This document shows, piece after piece, positions 10,007-18,380 of a stretch of 64,000 nt of DNA. A program made the translations under genes and the position numbers. The notes below the pieces were generated by a model. That model was given only the letters and a program-made list of their open reading frames with translations, had not been told where the DNA came from and did no database searches. Origin of the DNA: Thermoproteota archaeon (GTDB taxonomy: Archaea; Korarchaeota; Korarchaeia; Korarchaeales; Korarchaeaceae); NCBI GenBank assembly GCA_027491415.1, contig JAOZFH010000007.1, forward strand, positions 17,266-81,265. The letters run 5' to 3'. How positions within the stretch are numbered: the first letter of the stretch is position 1; each line of letters starts with the position of its first letter.

Positions 10007-11350
10007 ATGGGGGAGCTGGACTCGATATTCAATCCGGGCTCTGTGGCGGTGGTAGGTGCATCCAGGACGCCCGGAAAGCTCGGGTACGAGATCCTGAAGA
10101 ACATAATCGACGCGGGCTTTCGGGGCAAGATATACCCGGTGAACCCGAAGGCGGACGAGATCATGGGGCTGAAGTGCTACCACTCCATCTTCGAGATCCC
10201 CGAACCCGTTGACCTGGCCGTGATAGTCATCCCCGCCCGGTTCGTGCCCGACACGGTGAAGGAGGCTGTCCGGAAGGGGGTCAAGGGATTCGTCGTGATC
10301 TCGGGCGGGTTCAGGGAGGTAGGCGGCGAGGGAGTCGAGCTGGAGAGGAGGCTCGTCCGGGCGGTGAGGGAGGGCGGGGCCAGGCTCATCGGGCCGAACT
10401 GCCAAGGCATCAACAATCCGCACGTCGGCCTATGCGCCACCTGGCCGCTCTCCACAAGGAGGGGACCCGTGGCCGTCGTGTCCCAGAGCGGGACGGTCGC
10501 CGCGTTCATGGCCACCGGCCTGGAGGGGGAGGGCATAGGCATGAGCAAGTTCGCCGCCCTCGGCAACAAGGCCGATGTGGACGAGGTGGACATGCTGAAC
10601 TACCTCGCCGACGACCCCGACACGGAGGTCGTTGCTCTCTACCTGGAGGGCACGTCGAGGGGCAGGGAGCTCATGGAGGCCCTCAGGAGGTGCGCCTCCA
10701 GGAAGCCCGTGGTGGTGATCAAGGCCGGTAGGACGGAGACCGGGGCGGAGGCGGTGGCGTCGCACACGGGAACGCTAGCCGGCTCGGCGGAGGTCTACGA
10801 GGCGGTGTTCAGGCAGACAGGCGCCGTATCCGTCGATACTCTGGAGGAGTTCTTCGACGCGGCCAAGGCCCTCGCGGCCTTCAAGCCTCCTAAGGGCCCG
10901 AGGGTCATGGTGATTACGAGTTCCGGCGGCTCCGGCATACTGGCCGCCGACGCAATAGAGTCGAGAGGGATGGAGCTAGCTAAGCTGTCTGAAGATGTGC
11001 TCAGCAGGCTCAGAGAAGAGCTCCCACACTTCTGCGTGATCAGGAACCCTCTGGACCTCACTGGGAGCGCATACGCAGAGCTCTACGACAAGGCACTAGA
11101 GATCACGAAGGATCACGATGGAATAGACTCTTACATACTAATATTCGGTGACCCAATAGCGGGCGCCTTTGAGGTGATCGAGAAGCACCTCAGGGAGACC
11201 GAGAAGCCAATCCTCGTCGCCTACTTGGGCGGGGGAGACGTCGAGGTCGAGGAGAGGAGGAAGTTCTACGAAGCTGGGATACCGGTTTATCCCACGCCGG
11301 AGAGGGCTGTGGTCGCGCTCTATAACCTGTGGAGGTCCAGAAAGGAATAG
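10007..11350 (+). CDS. acdA: ADP-forming acetate/acyl-CoA synthetase alpha subunit
   Basis: VAVVGAS, YPVNPK, GPNCQG, SQSG, GNKAD, SHTG phospho-His, NPLDLTG. Confidence 0.92.
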   Translation: MGELDSIFNPGSVAVVGASRTPGKLGYEILKNIIDAGFRGKIYPVNPKADEIMGLKCYHSIFEIPEPVDLAVIVIPARFVPDTVKEAVRKGVKGFVVISGGFREVGGEGVELERRLVRAVREGGARLIGPNCQGINNPHVGLCATWPLSTRRGPVAVVSQSGTVAAFMATGLEGEGIGMSKFAALGNKADVDEVDMLNYLADDPDTEVVALYLEGTSRGRELMEALRRCASRKPVVVIKAGRTETGAEAVASHTGTLAGSAEVYEAVFRQTGAVSVDTLEEFFDAAKALAAFKPPKGPRVMVITSSGGSGILAADAIESRGMELAKLSEDVLSRLREELPHFCVIRNPLDLTGSAYAELYDKALEITKDHDGIDSYILIFGDPIAGAFEVIEKHLRETEKPILVAYLGGGDVEVEERRKFYEAGIPVYPTPERAVVALYNLWRSRKE

Positions 11351-11447
11351 AGAACGACCTCTCAGAGCAGTTCTTCGATAGCCTCCGTGCTCCTCAAGTA
11401 GGGCCACCGTTTTTTACAGTCCGGACTCGGCGGTCGGGGGGTCGACT

Positions 11448-13412
11448 TTGAGGATCGATGAGGATGCCCCTGGAAAGAGAGTGCTCCTGATGGGAAACCA
11501 CGCAGTGGCCAGGGGGGCCATAGAGGCAGGCGTTCAGCTGGTCTCCGGCTACCCCGGCACTCCCTCTTCCGAGGTCATAGAGGCGCTCAGCGAGGCCGAC
11601 ATAGACGCCCATGTCGAGTGGGCGACGAACGAGAAGGTTGCCTTCGACGTCGCCGTCGGCGGGGCTATAGTAGGCGCGAGATCCATGGCCACCATGAAGA
11701 ACGCGGGCCTGAACTGGATCATGGACATGCTGATGACCGTCGTGTACGGGGGAGTGAGGGGAGGGCTCGTCGTCTACGTGGCCGACGACCCCGGCGCCCA
11801 CTACTCGTCCAACGAGCAGGACACCAGGATGGTCGCCATGTACGCCAAGATACCCTGCCTGGAGCCGGCGAATCAGCAGGAGGCCAAGGACCTCACCAAG
11901 ATGGCCTTCGACCTCTCTGAGAGGCTCGAGCTCCCGGTGATGGTCCGCTCGCTGACCAGGATCAGCCACTCCAGCGGGGACGTCACGCTAGGCGAGATGA
12001 GGAGGGAGAGGAACAGGCTGGCCTTCGACAGGCACTGGAAGATGCCCTACCGGTGGAACGTCTACGGTCCCCCAGGGCCCGTCGCCAAGCACAAGTGGCT
12101 ATTCGAGCAGCTCCCCAAGGTGAAGGGGACCGTCGAAGAGATTGGAGAGCCGTTCAACGTCCTAGAGATCAACGACTCCGACGTGGGAGTGGTGGCCTGC
12201 GGCATTGCCTACGGCTACGTCAGGGAGGCCGTCGAGCGCCTGGGAATCGAGGTCAACCTCCTGAAGCTCGCCACCCCGTTCCCGCTGCCGGAGTCCAAGG
12301 TCAGGAGGCTGATCGAGAGCTCCAAGAAGATCCTCGTCGTCGAGGAGAACGAGCCCGTGGTCGAGCTACAGCTGAGGGACCTCGCGCAGAGGATGCACGC
12401 GGACGTCGAGATCTACGGGAGGCACGAGAACTCCCTGATAGAGCCATACGACGAGCTCTCGCACAACAGGGTCACGGCGGCGCTGGCCAGGCTGGCGGGG
12501 GTGGAGTTCAAGCCGCTTAGGCCGGCGGGGGAGGCCCTGAAGGACCTCGTGGCCCCCAGATCCTCGATGCTGTGCGCCGGATGTCCGCACCTCGGGACCT
12601 ACTGGGGCCTCAAGCTGGCTCTGGCCAGGAAGGGAGGCAAGGTTCCCATCGTGAACGGCGACATAGGGTGCTACGAGCAGGGAGGGTACGGCATAGTGGC
12701 CAAGAAGGTGGAGCCCAGCTTCTCCGAGGAGTCCAGGAAGTACGTCGCCGAGGCCCCGTACGAGATGATAGACACCAACTACATCATGGGCGGCGGGTTC
12801 GGCACCTCGATAGGCGAGTTCCACGCCGGGTACAGGGACGGAAAGATAGTGGGCCTCGCGGGAGACTCCACGTTCTTCCACGCCGACCTTCCGGCGGTGG
12901 TCGAGGCCGTGGTGAACAAGGCCAAGGTGCTCCTCTTGGTGATGGACAACAGGTGGACGGCCATGACCGGCCACCAGCCCAGCCCCACCACGGGCATCAC
13001 GGCCAGGCGTCAGCCCACGAACAGGCTGGACATAGAGGAGGTCGCCAGGTCCATGGGCGTCCGCTTCATCAGGAGGGCAGACCCGTGGGATCTCAAGGCC
13101 ATCCAGCAGGCCATAGAGGAGGCCCTCGACTACCTGTCCAGTCCCGAGGCCGACGGCCCCGCGCTGGTGATCGCGGACAAGGTGTGCACCCTGCAGGCCA
13201 TGAGGCTGAGGGAGTACAGGCCCACGAGGACCTACGTCGTCATCCCGGACAAGTGCATAGGCTGCAGGCTCTGCGTGCAGTTCGGCTGTCCGGCGAACGC
13301 GTTCGACGTGGACACGAACAAGGCCTTCATCGACCAAGTCCTGTGCGTGGGATGCGGCATGTGCGCGCAGGTGTGTCCGACCGACGCGATAGTCCCGAAG
13401 GAGGGCTCCTGA
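11448..13412 (+). CDS. iorA: Indolepyruvate ferredoxin oxidoreductase alpha subunit family
   Basis: GYPGTPSSE, NEKVA, SSNEQD, CAGCPH, GDIGCY, GDSTFFH, TAMTGHQP, two C-terminal 4Fe-4S motifs. Confidence 0.92.
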   Translation: MRIDEDAPGKRVLLMGNHAVARGAIEAGVQLVSGYPGTPSSEVIEALSEADIDAHVEWATNEKVAFDVAVGGAIVGARSMATMKNAGLNWIMDMLMTVVYGGVRGGLVVYVADDPGAHYSSNEQDTRMVAMYAKIPCLEPANQQEAKDLTKMAFDLSERLELPVMVRSLTRISHSSGDVTLGEMRRERNRLAFDRHWKMPYRWNVYGPPGPVAKHKWLFEQLPKVKGTVEEIGEPFNVLEINDSDVGVVACGIAYGYVREAVERLGIEVNLLKLATPFPLPESKVRRLIESSKKILVVEENEPVVELQLRDLAQRMHADVEIYGRHENSLIEPYDELSHNRVTAALARLAGVEFKPLRPAGEALKDLVAPRSSMLCAGCPHLGTYWGLKLALARKGGKVPIVNGDIGCYEQGGYGIVAKKVEPSFSEESRKYVAEAPYEMIDTNYIMGGGFGTSIGEFHAGYRDGKIVGLAGDSTFFHADLPAVVEAVVNKAKVLLLVMDNRWTAMTGHQPSPTTGITARRQPTNRLDIEEVARSMGVRFIRRADPWDLKAIQQAIEEALDYLSSPEADGPALVIADKVCTLQAMRLREYRPTRTYVVIPDKCIGCRLCVQFGCPANAFDVDTNKAFIDQVLCVGCGMCAQVCPTDAIVPKEGS

Positions 13413-13424
13413 GGGGGTGGTCAC

Positions 13425-14045
13425 ATGGGAGAGAGAGTGGGAGCGGGAAGGGCCGTCTTCCAGATGCTGGTCGCAGGAGTTGGCGGCCAGGGTTCCGTTC
13501 TGATATCTCACGTTATAGCCGACGCGGCCATCAGGTCGGGTTACAGGGTCAGGGTCGGGGAGAAGTTCGGCGCGGCCATGAGGGGAGGCGCCGTCTCCAG
13601 CCACATCAGGATGTTCAGGGAGGGCGACCTCGCCCCCCTGATACCGGAGGGGGAGGCGGACGCCGTCATGGCGCTGGAGCCGCTGGAGGGGCTGAGGATA
13701 TCCTCGACGTACCTCAGGCCCGGCGGGGTCGTAGTCATGAACGTGGTTCCGGTGTATCCCATGGACGTCAACGCCGGGTGGGCCAGGTACCCAGACGTGG
13801 ATGCCATCGTCGAGGGCCTCAAGGGGATGGGGGCCAGGGTCTACACTCTCAACGCCACAGACCTGGCCATTCAGGCGGGAACCGCGAAGGCGATGAACTC
13901 CGTGGTTCTCGGCGCCTTTTACGCGACCGGCGTTCTCCCAATCGACCGAGGCGTGCTGCTCGAGGCCCTGATGGAGGGCGTCCCTGAAGGAACTCAGGAA
14001 GTCAACAGGAGGGCCTTTGAGCTTGGGGAGCGTTCAGTCAGGTGA
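13425..14045 (+). CDS. iorB: Indolepyruvate oxidoreductase beta subunit family
   Basis: GVGGQG, RGGAVSSHIR, EPLEGLR, VNRRAFELG; directly after iorA. Confidence 0.9.
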   Translation: MGERVGAGRAVFQMLVAGVGGQGSVLISHVIADAAIRSGYRVRVGEKFGAAMRGGAVSSHIRMFREGDLAPLIPEGEADAVMALEPLEGLRISSTYLRPGGVVVMNVVPVYPMDVNAGWARYPDVDAIVEGLKGMGARVYTLNATDLAIQAGTAKAMNSVVLGAFYATGVLPIDRGVLLEALMEGVPEGTQEVNRRAFELGERSVR

Positions 14046-14162
14046 TGCCCCCAGCGGGGCGTCCTCCCCCCTTTCTGAACTTTAACTACGCCAATCTAAA
14101 CTTAGGTCGGGTGGGGAAGTGCTGAAGACAGCGGCAGAGGCGTTTGATCAGATACGTCGGCT

Positions 14163-14636
14163 TTAGGCGCTCACCAACGTTCTCCTCAGCTCCTCTATGC
14201 CCTCTCCGGTGTTGGCACTCACCAGAATCACTTCGTCTGCCCCCAGCTCGGCGGCGACGCGCCGGACTTCCTCCAAGTCCACTCTCATGCCGAGGTCGAC
14301 CTTGTTCCCGACCAGCAGGATCCTCGCGTCGCTGGCGCCAGACACGGTGGCCCACTCGCGCAGGGAGTACAGCGTGCTCGGACGGCTCACGTCAAACACA
14401 AGGAGGACCATGCTGGCGCCCCTCCCCATCCCCTCGATGACCGGCCTGAACCTGTCCTGCCCCGCGAAGTCAAACACCACTAGCTTCACGTTCCCTTCCC
14501 TCACCGTGAAGAACTCGACCCCGACCGTCATCCTAGTGTCCTCGGTGTACCTGCCTGTGAGCCTCTTGGCCAGGGTCGTCTTCCCAACCCCGCTGTTTCC
14601 GGCGAGGACGACCTTCTTTTTGACTATCCCGGACAT
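14163..14636 (-). CDS. Rab/Roc-like small GTPase (157 aa)
   Basis: G1 GNSGVGKT, G2 TVGVEF, G3 DFAGQ, G4 NKVD, G5 SAN. ATG at 14636 has AGGAGG RBS, 1 nt after upstream stop. Confidence 0.93.
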   Translation of the reverse strand: MSGIVKKKVVLAGNSGVGKTTLAKRLTGRYTEDTRMTVGVEFFTVREGNVKLVVFDFAGQDRFRPVIEGMGRGASMVLLVFDVSRPSTLYSLREWATVSGASDARILLVGNKVDLGMRVDLEEVRRVAAELGADEVILVSANTGEGIEELRRTLVSA

Positions 14637-14637
14637 G

Positions 14638-15690
14638 TTATTCCCTCCTGCTGGCTCTGAGAAGCACAACCCCCCTCCCCTTGATCAGCTCCCGCGAGCG
14701 ATAGCCGGATAGCTTTAGAGCGTACTCGAGCTCACCCCTCGTGGGTGGGAGCGAGCCCCCGAGGAGGGCATAGGGGATACCTATAACCTGTGAGTCCCCT
14801 TCCCGCAGGGCCTGGAGGAGAAACAGGGGAGCCTCTTCGGCTAGAACTCCATCGAGCGACTTTAAGAGGGCCTCAAAGCCGGCCCCAGCCCACTGAACCG
14901 CGTCTATGAGAACGGCAGCGTCGGCCTGTCCCTCCACCAGACCCGGGCTCGATCGTACCTTCTGCCCAAAAGATTCTAGGTCGGACTCTACCAGCCGGAG
15001 CCTGCCGGCCTCTGGCGCCCTCAGCGTTGACACTACGAGCCGCGCCGCCCGCAGGTCTCCGGGGGGAACACCCGCGACGATCTTGGCTCCGATGAGCCTC
15101 AGGGCGTCGACCGCCACCATCCCGATACCGGACCAGGGGAGGAGCACGGTCGCCGGTATGAGCCCCACGTCGGCCCATCTCCTTATGAGCTGAGCGTCCG
15201 TCATCCCCATCCCGAGGAGCGCGAGCGCGGACTGGAATCTAGCTACGGGGTTGTCGTACATCGCCAGCGTGGCCAACCTCCTCGTCTCGCGATCCAGCTT
15301 CGGTTGGGCTCCGGATATGAGGAGATCGGGAAGGGCCTCGAATGCAGACCTAAGGGAGCGCATGATCCGGTCCACCCAGGGAACCGTCTCTGGCGGCGGA
15401 GTGAGATCTAGAAACCTGCTAACTCTCCCGCCGACAAGTCGGACGTATCCTCCCCTTGCCATGGCCTCTACCACGGCCTCCATTAGCTCGGGATAGGCCG
15501 AGACCTCCTTGAGCTTGGAGAGGCTAACCCCCTCCATTCGCCTAGCGAGGCCGGACGCATAGAGGGCACGATAGCACTCGTATCCCAGGGACTTCACCAG
15601 GCTGTCGTGCCCGACCGCCAGCTCCGTCGGCTCAATCCCCGCGTACTCGAAGGCCCTCGCCTCAACGAGCTCAGGGGCGGCCCCCGTCAT
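14638..15690 (-). CDS. Methyltransferase-fold protein with degenerate SAM motifs, paralogue A
   Basis: Helical N-terminal region plus Rossmann-like pattern (VLLPWSGIG, ADAAVLIDAVQW, PTRGELEYAL). Clearly similar to 15707-16729. Confidence 0.6.
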   Translation of the reverse strand: MTGAAPELVEARAFEYAGIEPTELAVGHDSLVKSLGYECYRALYASGLARRMEGVSLSKLKEVSAYPELMEAVVEAMARGGYVRLVGGRVSRFLDLTPPPETVPWVDRIMRSLRSAFEALPDLLISGAQPKLDRETRRLATLAMYDNPVARFQSALALLGMGMTDAQLIRRWADVGLIPATVLLPWSGIGMVAVDALRLIGAKIVAGVPPGDLRAARLVVSTLRAPEAGRLRLVESDLESFGQKVRSSPGLVEGQADAAVLIDAVQWAGAGFEALLKSLDGVLAEEAPLFLLQALREGDSQVIGIPYALLGGSLPPTRGELEYALKLSGYRSRELIKGRGVVLLRASRRE

Positions 15691-15706
15691 CAGGGACCCA
15701 TACAGG

Positions 15707-16729
15707 CTACCTCACCCCCGTGGTCACCTCCAGTGCCACCGCGCTGCCCGTCCTCGATATGACCCTCCACCCCACGCCCGCCCCCCTGAGGGACCTCTCC
15801 AGTTCCTCCCAAGTGGGAAGCAGGTTACCCCCGAGCAGCCGACCCAATATAACCATTGGGAGGCTCTCACTCGATCTCAGCGTCTGAAGAATGTAGACCC
15901 GCCCCCCTGACCTCACTCCGGTCACGGCCGATCGCACCGCGGCCTCTGGAGATGAAGACCACTGAATCGCGTTCAGGAGCAGGGCTGCTTCTGGAGGGGT
16001 CCCAGTTCCCTCCACCTGCTTCAGGCACTCCAGTCCGGCCACCTCCGGCCCGGCCGAGAAGACTGTGATCGTGCCGCCCTCGTAGACCCCCCTCGTCCTG
16101 AGCGCCAGCCTGACCACCCTCTCCAGCCCGGGTGGAGCCGCGGCCATGATCCTTACGTCGCCCAGGATGGATCTGAGTGAGAAGACGTACTCTCCGAGTC
16201 CAGACCAGGGGAGCAGGAGGGCACCGATGTCGGCCCCCAACCCGAAACCTTCCACGGCGAGCCCCGTCTCTAGGAGCGTGAGTGGGTTGTCGTACATCGC
16301 CAGCGTGTGCGCGGGGTCTTGGGAAGGTTTCATCCCCGACCTGACATCTTCCGCGAGCTGGCTGAACCTATCCTCCAGTCCGGTGAGGGCTCTCTTCAGC
16401 CACCAAATTGACAGAGTGGGCCTGTCAGGCTCAGCCTCAAAGGAGAATATATCTTCGTACGACCTCAGCACGTCAGCGTCGAGGAGTAGATCGAGGATGG
16501 CGTCCAGAAGGGCTGGGTTCCTAACCGATCGGCGTATCCTTCGCCTGTAGCTTCCCTCTATCTCCTTAAGGAGCCCGGAGTCGGATAGAGCCGCGTAGAT
16601 CCAGTATACAACGTAGCTCCTGAGTTCCCTGGAGGCCGCCCTCACCTCCCTCTTGTCCAGCCCGGCGTGTCGGAGCGCGGAGGAGTAAGTCCCCCTCCCG
16701 AACAGTCCCTGCGTGTAGAGGGCGAACAA
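15707..16729 (-). CDS. Methyltransferase-fold protein with degenerate SAM motifs, paralogue B
   Basis: LLLPWSGLG, AALLLNAIQW...P...VRSGGRVYI, PTWEELERSL. Shares TLAMYDNP with paralogue A. Confidence 0.6.
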   Translation of the reverse strand: MFALYTQGLFGRGTYSSALRHAGLDKREVRAASRELRSYVVYWIYAALSDSGLLKEIEGSYRRRIRRSVRNPALLDAILDLLLDADVLRSYEDIFSFEAEPDRPTLSIWWLKRALTGLEDRFSQLAEDVRSGMKPSQDPAHTLAMYDNPLTLLETGLAVEGFGLGADIGALLLPWSGLGEYVFSLRSILGDVRIMAAAPPGLERVVRLALRTRGVYEGGTITVFSAGPEVAGLECLKQVEGTGTPPEAALLLNAIQWSSSPEAAVRSAVTGVRSGGRVYILQTLRSSESLPMVILGRLLGGNLLPTWEELERSLRGAGVGWRVISRTGSAVALEVTTGVR

Positions 16730-16744
16730 CGGGACTCCCTCTGG

Positions 16745-17083
16745 TCAGGTCGCGGCGCGCGCCTTCCTCCTCACCACGCCGAGCTCCTCCAAGAGCATTA
16801 GGACGTCTATGTCCTCAGAGCTAGGCCTGACCCTTCCGGAGAGGAGCGCCCTCACCCTGTCCATGTCGACCCAAGAGGGCGCCAGCGGAGCCCTCTCCTG
16901 AATCAGCTCGAAACCCACCTTGGAGAAGACAGACTCAGCCACGTCCACCTCTCTCACCATGCCGCCGCTCACCCAGATGACGAGGTCGTGATCCTCCCCA
17001 CACGGCAAGAAGAACCTCCCGTCTGGGTGATCAGGGGGAATCTCGTGGACCCTCCCGCACTTGGGGCACCGGACCCTGCGCAA
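16745..17083 (-). CDS. Small putative Zn-binding protein (CPKC...CxxxH)
   Basis: CPKC and CGEDH ligand pairs; first gene of the co-oriented cluster. Confidence 0.6.
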   Translation of the reverse strand: MRRVRCPKCGRVHEIPPDHPDGRFFLPCGEDHDLVIWVSGGMVREVDVAESVFSKVGFELIQERAPLAPSWVDMDRVRALLSGRVRPSSEDIDVLMLLEELGVVRRKARAAT

Positions 17084-17155
17084 ACCGACCCCCCCGGGGC
17101 TCTTGGGGATCTCAAGAGGTCTACATAATAACGTCTCAGGGTTGCGAGTCAGCCG

Positions 17156-17701
17156 ATGAGAGGGGTCGTGGTGGCCGTCGGTTCTGAGAACCCGGTTAAG
17201 GTCGAAGCTGTGAGGAGGGCCTTCACCAGGGCATATGGGTCAGTTGAGGTTGTCCCAGTGGCGGTGAGTTCGGGAGTCCCCCCTCAGCCGGTCAACGATG
17301 AGGGGCCTATGGGGGCCCTCAATAGGGCGCAAGGGAGCCTGCGCGAAGTCTCCAGGGCAGAATTCGGAGTCGGAATAGAGGGTGCGCTGGTCGAACTATA
17401 CGGGCAGACCTTCTGCACGGGCTTCGTGGCGATCGTCCGCAGGGACGGGCTGACTGGGCTCGGCACCAGTGGGTGGTTTCAGTGCCCTGACTACGTCGTC
17501 GAGAAGATGCTCGAGGGCGTCGAGTTGGGGAAGCTGATAGACGAGAGGGTGGGTCGGATCGGAGTAAAGAGGGCCGAGGGGGCAATAGGCATATTCACGA
17601 GGGGGCTCGTCTCACGGACGGACCTCTATGAGCACGGGGTATACATGGCATTAGCTCCTTTCTTGGCCGAGGGCCTGTGGAGCAGATCGAAGGGGCTGTG
17701 A
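17156..17701 (+). CDS. yjjX: Inosine/xanthosine triphosphatase (YjjX family)
   Basis: GSENPVK, SGVPPQP, GALNRA, GVGIEG, ELG, GAIGIFT. Confidence 0.88.
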   Translation: MRGVVVAVGSENPVKVEAVRRAFTRAYGSVEVVPVAVSSGVPPQPVNDEGPMGALNRAQGSLREVSRAEFGVGIEGALVELYGQTFCTGFVAIVRRDGLTGLGTSGWFQCPDYVVEKMLEGVELGKLIDERVGRIGVKRAEGAIGIFTRGLVSRTDLYEHGVYMALAPFLAEGLWSRSKGL

Positions 17702-17704
17702 GCT

Positions 17705-18217
17705 TCATGGATGGGTCAGCGTCTCACGCGCCCGGAGGTGCCTCAAGGTTGCCCCCCTCCTAACATCCACCTCCAGCTCGATTGACACCTGGTCGGGCCG
17801 GATCAGCAGAAAGTCGACTGTCAGGCCGTCGGCCCCCGAGGCTCCTATCCCCTCCAGGGCGAAATTGTAGACTCCCTGAGACTCATTGACGTAGAGCCTA
17901 CCGTCTAGGGGTCTCATAGTCGATAACCCGAGCCAGCTGAAACTCCCGGTGAGGTTTGTGCGGACGGCCTCAACGAGCGAGCCCTTGTGCGCCCTCACTG
18001 CGATGGTGAGTCGACCGACTCCATCCTCTTCCCCCCTAAGCCGCAGCTCGACGATCTCCTCAGTTTCGTAAGTCAGTCTGACGGCATCGCCCCCGCTGAC
18101 GGGGAGGCGGTCCTCGCTGACCACCGAAGGAAATTCTTCCTTGGTTCTCGTCGAGTATAGGACGGAGACGGCCAATCCCAGTACTAGCAGCAGGTAGGCC
18201 AGCTGGTAGCGATCCAT
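17705..18217 (-). CDS. Hypothetical membrane-anchored protein
   Basis: N-terminal TM helix followed by beta-rich domain; fills the gap between genes. Confidence 0.6.
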   Translation of the reverse strand: MDRYQLAYLLLVLGLAVSVLYSTRTKEEFPSVVSEDRLPVSGGDAVRLTYETEEIVELRLRGEEDGVGRLTIAVRAHKGSLVEAVRTNLTGSFSWLGLSTMRPLDGRLYVNESQGVYNFALEGIGASGADGLTVDFLLIRPDQVSIELEVDVRRGATLRHLRARETLTHP

Positions 18218-18380
18218 GCCCGAGCGAACTGACTCCGCTGCGTTATTAACCCAACTTGGGGGGCACCCGGCCTGCTCTCAGCACCCCCCGACCCGTCCGT
18301 TTCAACAAAAGTCTTAATTAGGATCGACAGATTGCCCGTGGGGGGCAAAGACCCCTAAGACCCCCCGGCGGGGGATAGTA

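Noticed and set aside
12366-13987. 412-aa antisense and 471-aa alternative-frame ORFs over iorAB
   Set aside because: Arg/Gly/His-rich off-frame translations typical of high-GC DNA.
14046-14162. Possible C/D-box sRNA between iorB and the GTPase gene
   Set aside because: No proper RUGAUGA/CUGA pair at suitable spacing.
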